From a bacterium (GTDB taxonomy: Bacteria; Muiribacteriota; UBA6191): a stretch of 18,049 nucleotides of DNA. Numbering within the stretch: the first letter of the stretch is position 1; each line of letters starts with the position of its first letter. Of the stretch, positions 9,401 through 16,158 are shown one piece after another. The stretch spans positions 1-18,049 of the forward strand of contig JAYZAC010000161.1 of NCBI GenBank assembly GCA_036339875.1, read 5' to 3'. Both the position numbers and the translations under genes were made by a program. Under the pieces are notes generated by a model. That model made no database searches, had not been told where the DNA came from, and was given only the letters and a program-made list of their open reading frames with translations.

Positions 9401-10286
9401 TTTTCATCATCAAATTTTCATCAGGGTTTGAGCTCAGTTCGTTGATTACCTCTGCCTTACGCTCCTCTAAGGTCTTGCGAATGATAGTGTCTTTAAGAGC
9501 GTCTTGCTCATCCCCATCAAGATAGAGATCGAAAATTTTGCTTTTATTTTGGTCCAAGAACATATCGAAAATACTGCGACCTTTGTCATCGCTTTGCAGC
9601 AGTGCTTTTACTTGAAGTTGATTTTTATTCTCTCCCATCAAGAAGCGCTGTAAGTTTTCCGGGTCATCTAGATTCATCCGGTCTTTGAGATATTTCTTGA
9701 CCACATTAGCAATCAGTTTTTTATCAGCGAAGAGAGATTGCATTTTGGAGGGATCAATTGCGTCAAAAGAATTTCTGACTATTTCTTGCATACGAGGGTC
9801 TGTAATGTTATTGGCTTGTATTTGCTCCGATATTTTATCTTGCTTGATCTGTTCAAAATTGGCTTGTAGAAAAGTCTCTAACTGTTGCGGCTCAAAAATT
9901 TTGTCTGAGGTAGCTTCAAGATCAATACCGGCGAGTTCTGGATTCAATTGTTTCTTAACAATATTGAAGAAATTTTGAACTTTGAGTCTAGGATAGGCAA
10001 TTCGATCTTTTTCGCCTTCCGATAATTTGGATATATTTGGATCAGTGTCTAAGTCAAGTTCCTCCAAGATGAGGTTTCGCATTTGCTCGTTTGTTACCTC
10101 ACGTTGGATAGATGTTTGAATAGTAAAGAACAAGTCTAGAAAGCCTAAAGAATCTAATCCAAGTTCATCGATTAATAAGGTTTCTTTTGTGATGTCTTCA
10201 TCAAAGCCTGTAATGTCCTGTAAGGCCTCTACTAGCAGATCCATAATCTGCTCGTCTGTCATTTCAACATTCAGAAAATCCTGCAT
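6414..10286 (-). CDS. Giant ACP-domain fusion protein, paralog 1 (1290 aa: N-terminal ACP plus ~1170-aa acidic, probably helical region of unknown function)
   Basis: LIDELGLDSLGFLDLFF with Ser46 at codon 10149-10151. The remainder is D/E/Q/M/L/I-rich, with no KS, AT, KR, C or A domain motifs, no signal peptide and no obvious TM helix that I can see. Confidence 0.88.
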   Translation of the reverse strand: MQDFLNVEMTDEQIMDLLVEALQDITGFDEDITKETLLIDELGLDSLGFLDLFFTIQTSIQREVTNEQMRNLILEELDLDTDPNISKLSEGEKDRIAYPRLKVQNFFNIVKKQLNPELAGIDLEATSDKIFEPQQLETFLQANFEQIKQDKISEQIQANNITDPRMQEIVRNSFDAIDPSKMQSLFADKKLIANVVKKYLKDRMNLDDPENLQRFLMGENKNQLQVKALLQSDDKGRSIFDMFLDQNKSKIFDLYLDGDEQDALKDTIIRKTLEERKAEVINELSSNPDENLMMKIFDRRRKDIMDIMVERSKQQILDKALDIKRDLFESEFNKQESSTDFNQFVWDNLVNITPEIMKGEMEIMEEEILSQGYQLFASDSGQNNDLKAIFEEEKEALFADIIEREKSSIYKQMVLSDEEKENLMEQLVNDDKVGLFNQFISENKVSLKREVQQRGLLDENSDFATQLLADESVQQDLMKTLIDSQIGSVFEEEVNRQSEMVDDTEVIAFLKDTFLTTEFRQDKIQSAIGMGNVQGDLVEEFMKNNFDRIAMEETQRLLADKELRNQLVQDYIKDNYDPMEAMQLNDPEKMKELQQKITEKYMQDNLDQIISRYMNDYMNEMMDAIPEEEIELDGDVQEEFMKKFMARMEDEEDSEETPEPNTIVDRFIETYGLTDPMIQVFVENNFDDIFGIIKRVSGLQVDQEAIEQFVITEFPLKTALYFHSIIDDLEFDHDVRQTYTKFFVEHNMNEIMEVTMQRQFEFMLGEEFDLDWDRFTQELNECVKDELKRMYKELKPDEVESRLDQLFRGLKYDWNLFLSVLKNDITDQEREKILLYWLKDINDLEQIQIQYVRNFLQDKEEEIRSHPLGQWIDLLEGKTTAKEVTEQYESAFRSHLIANFKEILKDFDPESSSQVDPQFQKAMTEQCIRIFLPTSISVVINSHVDELRDYITQFPLPPPRTIDDLLQHLLPESTKATYSDIRKRLGNKFKSLAKKHEISQDLLMIFIYHYRKDYRRLVTELCELIINQYLKIGREHMIGLITNFSWEKQSSLIIGLLQNELSEEEILIASMSSFLKHNQRKMDKLTTDEIFSMFEGDKFLSFMEDMVQENIDNVLAKSGEVSFKLKDNVSSKKFSQLKYITDFLQESQLNQINGFFGHLQNRLSLKPQMFLELAEEIASELIVNLKQEEVGLKDRLIVYTQRKVMEDYDFMIMERVSEKLEDQKFMEKLIFDIRDVYSQRNVFRLFRTGIRAVVLQTEAIDWDKERNLIQKISHELLDEIISEMAQDIEV

Positions 10287-10297
10287 TTACCTAACTT

Positions 10298-11035
10298 TCA
10301 GAGCATGTAGCCACCGTCAATATTAAACGTCTGGCCGGTTATATATGTGATTTCCTCTTGCGAGAGCGAAAATAAAAAATTAGCGATTTCCTCAGGCTTT
10401 GCGGTGCGGCGCATTGCTATTCTATCGAACAAACCGTCGCCTTTCTTACTGCCTTTTACAAATTCCATTACCTGTTCGGTCATATCGGTTTCGGTGACTC
10501 CAGGAGCAACACCGTTAATCATCACTCCTGCTCTCGAGAACTCTTGTGCTCCTACCCTCACCAGTGCCTCTAGTCCAGCTTTTGAAGCCGCATAACTTAA
10601 TTGACCACGTCCGCCTCGCTTGGCTGCTACTGATGAAATGTAAAACTGTTTACCTCGCTTCTTAAAAAACATAAAATGTCCAACTTCTCTAAGAAAAATG
10701 TAAGCACCTCGTAGATTGGTGTTAAGGACCTTATCAAAATCTTCGTTTTTGCCATGAATAGTTAAAGAATCGATGGTAATACCTGTATTGTAGATAAATA
10801 TGTCGATTTTCTTACCGCTGAATTCCTTGTAATGGCTCAAGAATTCTGGAATCTGATCTTCATTTGTAACATCTAATTGACCTGCCCAGCGTTGTTCTTC
10901 GGGATAATTCTCCAACCAATCTGGTTGAGTACTGTTATAGGAAATACCAACTTTCCATCCATCCTTCAGAAATCTTTCAGCTGTAGCTTTTCCTATACCT
11001 CTTGATCCACCAATTATTAGGCATGTTTTATCCAT
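10298..11035 (-). CDS. fabG: 3-oxoacyl-ACP reductase, FabG-like SDR
   Basis: GGSRGIG Rossmann motif, NTG (variant of NAG), ISS, YAASK catalytic motif, VAPG and YITGQxxxIDGG. ATG overlaps the upstream stop (TAATG). Confidence 0.93.
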   Translation of the reverse strand: MDKTCLIIGGSRGIGKATAERFLKDGWKVGISYNSTQPDWLENYPEEQRWAGQLDVTNEDQIPEFLSHYKEFSGKKIDIFIYNTGITIDSLTIHGKNEDFDKVLNTNLRGAYIFLREVGHFMFFKKRGKQFYISSVAAKRGGRGQLSYAASKAGLEALVRVGAQEFSRAGVMINGVAPGVTETDMTEQVMEFVKGSKKGDGLFDRIAMRRTAKPEEIANFLFSLSQEEITYITGQTFNIDGGYML

Positions 11036-12270
11036 TATGCTTTCTCCAAAATTAAGCCGTGCAGACTATTGTTGAGTCCTTGCGATAAGACTAATATACG
11101 ATTGAGATTCATTTCCTCTTCTTCTGCTGTTAGTTCAGGCTCGTCTGGAACACTATCAAGATATGAGGAAAAGATCTTCTGATGCTTGAGACACATCAGT
11201 GCCGTTGTGATCATTGCACCACCATTAGCACAAATAGGGTGACCGAGAAACAGCGATGGTGTCAGTAGTTTGGTTTTTCCGCCTTCACGCAATGTCACCA
11301 AAGCTCCTATTTGCGATTTGTCCTTATCGACATTATCGAATACAACTAAATCTAAGTCATTGAACTTCAACTTTGCCTTCTTCAGACAGGCATCTACTAC
11401 TTGTACTACGGTTTCACGCTTCAAGTTCCTCCGCATGTATACGCCTTGAAAGCTGGTTTGATGCGATGCCAAGATTCTGGCCTGCTTTTCCACTTTCAAT
11501 TTTTCACTTTGATCTTCGGTACACAGAAGATAAGAAGAGGCCCATTCGGATGGGAAGAAAAAATTGTCTTTTTCCGGAATCAATTTCGCGGGCTCTTTTT
11601 TCGTAAGAGTTGGTAAGTCAGTAAATAAAAAGTCTAAGTAATTTAGAAATAAATGGTTAGATGTCACTGTGAGGGTTTGTTTCAAACGACCAGATCGGAT
11701 TTTAAGATAGGATTCGTGCAGTGCGGTAGATGATGAATCTTCTCCAAAATAATTTGCGTTTGCACCCCTTAATTCCCAATCAAGTGCGATATTTGCTACA
11801 CAATTATTTGGAATTTTGTATACGGGAACCATTGGATGCACGAAGGAAAATCCCACACCAATTTTACTTTCAAATGTTCGCTTATCATATGTAAACTGAT
11901 CGTTTACACAAACTCTGTAGCCGTTTCTCAAACCTACCAGACCATAATAATTATTCATGGTTCCTACATATAAGCCCATATCGTTGCGGTGATCCAGAAT
12001 CTGAGGAAATCTTTCCAGGAGCATTTTGGTGCAGATGTAGGCATATCTTGCTTCGACAGGTCCGTTCTTCACGCACTTATTTTCGATTTCAAAATCTTTG
12101 AAAAGATCCCATGGAATTCTTCCAGGAACATTGTTCTTTTGTGCTTCTTCAATTACGTTTTGGATTCCACTCAAAGGGCTTCTACCGTTTGTGATCGACT
12201 CAAATGTTTTCTCATCATCGAAGCCGTGCCATGACATGGAGTGAGATGGTCCTATATAAACCTGCTGCAT
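11035..12270 (-). CDS. Catalytically inactive ketosynthase homolog (chain-length-factor/KS-beta-like), 411 aa
   Basis: KS-fold remnants are present (GLYVGT, IPNNCVANIA, LRGAN, IRSGR, LGHP..ANG). The Cys position is Asp178 (GANANYFGED vs GASRIINNLC in the active KS) and HGTGT is replaced by FDNVD. I moved the start from 12345 to ATG 12270 because it follows AAGGAGG and the promoter at 12296-12325. Confidence 0.8.
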   Translation of the reverse strand: MQQVYIGPSHSMSWHGFDDEKTFESITNGRSPLSGIQNVIEEAQKNNVPGRIPWDLFKDFEIENKCVKNGPVEARYAYICTKMLLERFPQILDHRNDMGLYVGTMNNYYGLVGLRNGYRVCVNDQFTYDKRTFESKIGVGFSFVHPMVPVYKIPNNCVANIALDWELRGANANYFGEDSSSTALHESYLKIRSGRLKQTLTVTSNHLFLNYLDFLFTDLPTLTKKEPAKLIPEKDNFFFPSEWASSYLLCTEDQSEKLKVEKQARILASHQTSFQGVYMRRNLKRETVVQVVDACLKKAKLKFNDLDLVVFDNVDKDKSQIGALVTLREGGKTKLLTPSLFLGHPICANGGAMITTALMCLKHQKIFSSYLDSVPDEPELTAEEEEMNLNRILVLSQGLNNSLHGLILEKA

Positions 12271-12275
12271 GGAAA

Positions 12276-12282
12276 CCTCCTT
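12276..12282 (-). promoter_or_regulatory. Shine-Dalgarno sequence of the first operon gene
   Basis: Minus strand reads AAGGAGG-tttcc-ATG(12270). Confidence 0.85.
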
Positions 12283-12295
12283 CAAGCAGGTTCCC

Positions 12296-12325
12296 ATTAT
12301 AAACTTCTGATTTGAGGTTTGACAA
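12296..12325 (-). promoter_or_regulatory. Sigma70-type promoter of the biosynthetic operon
   Basis: Minus strand: TTGTCA (12325-12320), 18-nt spacer, TATAAT (12301-12296), ending 25 nt upstream of ATG 12270. Confidence 0.7.
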
Positions 12326-12491
12326 AGAACAGTTCCGTGCTGCAATCTGGTGCAGAAATTATACAGATACCGGGGCTAGAGATTATATTGGAACAAATTT
12401 CTTTAGTTTGTAGCACGTTGTTGACATAAATCGTCTTTTTATATCGAAACTTGTCTAAGACCTTGATGGTCATGGTCAAAGGAACAATTTT

Positions 12492-13625
12492 TTGGTTATA
12501 CATTTAGAGAATTGGTATATTTTCTTTCTGGCTTTTTTAGCTAGTTTTCTTCCTGCTGGAACTACCCGATCAATCGGTTTCGTATTCACCGGCTCTATTT
12601 TTGTATTCTATTTTTGTCCGCCCGCTTGGTTGATGCTAGTAGGAAGTACGTCTTTAGTTTTACTAGCTTTCCGCCCCATTATTAGGTTTCAATTATCTAA
12701 TCATTCTACATTACTTTTTATATTGCTGATTTCGGGTATTTATTTTTGGGATTGGTTGTATGCATGGGAAGGTCGCCTAGACATTATCCCATTTGCTTTT
12801 TCTGCCTTTGGAATTAATACCCTTCGCTACATGCATATCGTGGCATATCGAAGATCCATCATCCTGAATCGAGATGATATTTGGAATATTATTGCATATC
12901 TCTGGTATCCACCCATAATGTTTTGCGGTCCGTTAGAACGCTATCAAGAATTTCGAGAATACCATGTGAATCCGCAACCTCGTCAATGGTTACATGGTCT
13001 GAAGTTGTGGGTTTATGGGATTCTTAAAGGTAGTATCGTCTATGTTATCAGAATGGCTATCGTGGAGGCTGATATTGATTTTGATAAGGCTTCAGCAACT
13101 ATATTACTTATGAAAATCTACTTACTAGGCTTCACACTTATGCTAAGTCTATCTTCTTGGTTCGATTTTGTCAGAGGTTGGTCATTCATGATGGGGTATC
13201 CATTCAATACACCTAATTTCCATCAAGTTCACAAGGTCAAAAGTGTGGCTAGTTTTTGGACTCACTACAATATTTCACTCACTAGATGGCTGAAACGCCA
13301 TTTATTTTACAGATCATTAACACAATTTCGAGCTCGTGATTTTGCAGCCGCAGTATTTATATATTTTATTTTGATAGGGATAATGAAAGATATGACGTCT
13401 GGATTTTTCTTATGGGGGCTTTTACACGGAGCTGCAGTCTTGTTGAACTTTTTTTATATTTATTTAAAACTTAAATTCAGATGGTTAATGATTGTTGATA
13501 CGCGTTATTTCCCCGATATCATTAAAATCGTTATGACTCATATTTTTGTTCTATTCTCGTGGGCCCTATGGTACCCAGATTGGTATGAACAATACGCAAG
13601 ACTGTTGGAACGATTTGGTTTTTAG
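12492..13625 (+). CDS. MBOAT-family membrane protein (AlgI/DltB-like) lacking the catalytic His
   Basis: Multi-pass hydrophobic 377-aa ORF with PPIMFCGPLERY, PNF...SVASFWTHYNISLTRWL and WGLLHG. The GxWHG-type motif reads GIMKD (Lys299). TTG start with AAAGGA upstream. Confidence 0.82.
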   Translation: MVIHLENWYIFFLAFLASFLPAGTTRSIGFVFTGSIFVFYFCPPAWLMLVGSTSLVLLAFRPIIRFQLSNHSTLLFILLISGIYFWDWLYAWEGRLDIIPFAFSAFGINTLRYMHIVAYRRSIILNRDDIWNIIAYLWYPPIMFCGPLERYQEFREYHVNPQPRQWLHGLKLWVYGILKGSIVYVIRMAIVEADIDFDKASATILLMKIYLLGFTLMLSLSSWFDFVRGWSFMMGYPFNTPNFHQVHKVKSVASFWTHYNISLTRWLKRHLFYRSLTQFRARDFAAAVFIYFILIGIMKDMTSGFFLWGLLHGAAVLLNFFYIYLKLKFRWLMIVDTRYFPDIIKIVMTHIFVLFSWALWYPDWYEQYARLLERFGF

Positions 13626-13635
13626 TTGTGCGAAA

Positions 13636-14682
13636 CTAGGTCTTGTCAGAATTCTTTGTCGACTTTGTGTCAGAAGTGGATTGAAATTGCTCCAAGAAAG
13701 TTCCAGCGACAAACTCATCCTTTATTAAATCGCGTAAATTTTCATAGTCTGTATATTCATCATACAAAGATTGATCGGGCATTTGGGTTGCTTCTAGATG
13801 TGCCTGCAAATTCAAAACTCTTTTGGTAATTTCTTTTGCGGACATACCCCAAAGTACTTCGCAATATGCATTTGTTGTTTCGTTTTCCCAACCACATCTA
13901 GTTTGAAGCCGACAAGCAAGCGCGAGACCGACAGCTATAAATTGACGATAGTCTGTATTAGATAAAGACCATTCATTAAACTCTTCTGGAGTAAGAGTAG
14001 CTAAAAAAGCAATTGCAGAACCTACGCCACTCCAAAGGTCTGATGCTTCGGCTCCCTGAATACGATCTAAGTAGCTATTTATTTTGTTAGGTTGATCAGC
14101 TAGAAAAAATCCTAGACTTCGAGCCAGTCCTTGAGCATAAGCTTTTTGAAAATATGGATACTTAAATTTAGGTAGATGGATTTGACTTCGGTTTTTTGGA
14201 ATTTCAAAGAAACCTTTCTGAAATCCATAACCATCCATGATTAACCAGCGAACTTCGGGTGGATATTTTGCAACAATAGAGTAAAGATTGAAATTGGGTA
14301 TCTCGGCCATACCGCGACCAGCACCAAGTAAAATCATTTCCTCGTATGAGCTACCAAAGACTTCAATTAATTTATCCAAGAAATCTCTTTTCACCAATGG
14401 AACTATTCCAGGTAAAAAGTTATCACTAATGGCAGCTGCCATTGCAATTGCTTCTACTTGAAAAGGTCTCAGTTCTTTCTGGCCCAATTTTTCATCGTAT
14501 TCCCTATGAAGTTCTCCTGCAGATCTTGAGATTAATGCCTTGTTGAGACTGCTGATATATGTATTAACAATATCGGAGGCGAAAGACCTGTACGGACCAT
14601 CACTGAGATCTGTAAAAGAGTTCAATACTTTTACACCGCGCTGTTCTTGATAACCTAACAAAAATCTATGAAGCTTACCCAT
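13636..14682 (-). CDS. DUF1702 / UnbL-like protein
   Basis: Ordered motifs match my recollection of DUF1702: F-x-x-E-A-x-A-M, LGAGxGxA, RWLIMDGYGFxxGFF, Y...AYAQGLARSLxF, DLWSGVGxA, and C-x-V-L-x-G-x-S. Confidence 0.75.
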   Translation of the reverse strand: MGKLHRFLLGYQEQRGVKVLNSFTDLSDGPYRSFASDIVNTYISSLNKALISRSAGELHREYDEKLGQKELRPFQVEAIAMAAAISDNFLPGIVPLVKRDFLDKLIEVFGSSYEEMILLGAGRGMAEIPNFNLYSIVAKYPPEVRWLIMDGYGFQKGFFEIPKNRSQIHLPKFKYPYFQKAYAQGLARSLGFFLADQPNKINSYLDRIQGAEASDLWSGVGSAIAFLATLTPEEFNEWSLSNTDYRQFIAVGLALACRLQTRCGWENETTNAYCEVLWGMSAKEITKRVLNLQAHLEATQMPDQSLYDEYTDYENLRDLIKDEFVAGTFLEQFQSTSDTKSTKNSDKT

Positions 14683-14712
14683 ATCAATATTTTAACCTGT
14701 TAATGCTTGTTT

Positions 14713-15855
14713 CTAAAGAAAGAGAATTCTATAAATTGTGTTAATTATATCGTCGCACTCCGGAACGAGTAAAATACAAGATGCATGAATCCAAATAATT
14801 GTGATAATTCGTTTAAGTGATAGGGGTATGTATTGTAGATCAAATTTCATTAACCAATTCCAATGATAACGAGCAAAAATATAAGCAAAATTTAACAAGA
14901 TTGTGGAACCCATCAAAAGTCCCCAAGCAAAATAGTGCCAGCTGATACCATGTAATATACCCACCAAGCACCAGAATAGAGCAAGTACTATTGTCACTCT
15001 TCTAATACTGAAATCTTCGATGTTTCCATAAAATAGGTACTCTCTCGTCCATCGAGATAATGACATATTCCAACGTGACCAAAAACCTGCTACAGATCTA
15101 GCTGAATAAGGAGCCTGAAAATTGGGTCTTTCAAAGTGATAGCCCATTAGCCAAGCAAAGCCTCGAGCAAAATTAATGTATGAAGATAGTCTGAAATGAA
15201 TTTCCCAACCTATTCCAAGGATGTAAACAATCATTGGTATCAGCGATATTTGTGAGAAATCAATCAATTCAGGAGTTAATGCGCTTGAGCAGAATTCAGC
15301 TATTGCTCCCTGAAAAATAGCATGCATAAATAGTCTTCCAGCACCTTTGAAATCAATGGAAGAGAATGGTGTAGGATTTTTATAAAATTTCAAAAATTCT
15401 TGCATTTTTTCGAGTGGGCCGCAAAAGAGTATTGGAGGAAAAAATAAATAAGCTAAAATCTCATCCCATGTTGGCCCTCTCAATCGAAGGAAATTCAAGT
15501 CTTTGAAGACGTGATAAAATCTAGCTAAATTGTAGGCCCCTAAAACTAAAATTTCGTAAGGGAAATAATTAGTGTGATCAAATTTATGATTACTCACAAA
15601 AAGATAGTATAAGATCCAGACTAACAACCATATAAAGCCATTAAGCTGATTACGAAATTCTGATTCCTGAAATAAATATGGTCCAATCATTAAGAGAGCT
15701 ACGGGAGTTAAAATTGCCATACTTGTAGGAGAGTAAGCGTGAACAAAATAGGCGCCACTGAGGTAGCACAAAGCCAATCGAAACCGACCTGCAACCACAA
15801 AGTGTGCCAAAGTTAGGATGATAAAGAATAGCCAATTGAAGCTGTCAAATACCAT
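14713..15855 (-). CDS. MBOAT-family O-acyltransferase (AlgI/DltB-like), catalytic His retained
   Basis: Multi-pass 380-aa ORF with FFPPILFCGPLE, PNFQAPYSARSVAGFWSRWNMSLSRWTREYLF and LVGILHGISWHYFAWG (His302). Confidence 0.9.
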   Translation of the reverse strand: MVFDSFNWLFFIILTLAHFVVAGRFRLALCYLSGAYFVHAYSPTSMAILTPVALLMIGPYLFQESEFRNQLNGFIWLLVWILYYLFVSNHKFDHTNYFPYEILVLGAYNLARFYHVFKDLNFLRLRGPTWDEILAYLFFPPILFCGPLEKMQEFLKFYKNPTPFSSIDFKGAGRLFMHAIFQGAIAEFCSSALTPELIDFSQISLIPMIVYILGIGWEIHFRLSSYINFARGFAWLMGYHFERPNFQAPYSARSVAGFWSRWNMSLSRWTREYLFYGNIEDFSIRRVTIVLALFWCLVGILHGISWHYFAWGLLMGSTILLNFAYIFARYHWNWLMKFDLQYIPLSLKRIITIIWIHASCILLVPECDDIINTIYRILFL

Positions 15856-16113
15856 ACAATAGAGGATAGTTAGCGAAACGGACTCTGTGCAAGCTGTTCC
15901 AAATTAAATATCTACGCTTTGATTAGAATTAAACCGATAGTGTATTTATGGATGCATTTTTGTTTGATTTGAGCTGGTTTAGTTGGTTTTTTTGTTTTGC
16001 AGCTCAATTTTTAGTGATTGGTATTTTTTGTGGAAACTCTAATGCAAAGAGTTTAATTAATGTCGAAAATTTTAATCACATAAATAGACGATTCGCTAGA
16101 AAATTGAATCTAT

Positions 16114-16141
16114 AAAAAAAGCCCCCCAATATGGAGGGCTT
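16114..16141 (-). terminator. Rho-independent terminator of the HTH gene
   Basis: Minus-strand RNA AAGCCCUCCA-UAU-UGGGGGGCUU followed by a U run, 17 nt after the stop at 16159. The single stem mismatch is a U-G pair only on the minus strand. Confidence 0.85.
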
Positions 16142-16158
16142 GTATTCAATAATAGACC

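Noticed and set aside
6414..10286. Reading the 1290-aa protein as a type I PKS/NRPS module, SMC or tape-measure protein
   Set aside because: No KS/AT/KR/C/A motifs, no Walker A, only one carrier motif, and no phage context.
4647..12234. Plus-strand ORFs of 71-109 aa inside the operon
   Set aside because: All are antisense to well-supported genes, with S/I/F-rich composition typical of shadow frames and no motifs.
12271..12345. ORF-track N-terminal extension (TTG 12345) of the CLF-like gene, and ORF 12297..12503
   Set aside because: The AAGGAGG RBS and TTGTCA/TATAAT promoter lie inside this stretch and point to ATG 12270. The small ORF spans the divergent promoter region.
12339..12357. Sigma54-like sequence CTGCACCAGATTGCA on the minus strand
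   Set aside because: It lacks the invariant GG at -24 with the GG-N10-GC spacing.
13546..13829. ORFs 13546..13728 and 13626..13829 (also 15650..15835 and 17551..17766)
   Set aside because: They overlap stronger genes out of frame or antisense and have no recognisable features.
15969..16007. 8-bp inverted repeat TTGAGCTG/CAGCTCAA around a 23-nt G/T-rich spacer
   Set aside because: Short stem and large loop in low-complexity DNA; I cannot assign it as a terminator, operator or ncRNA.
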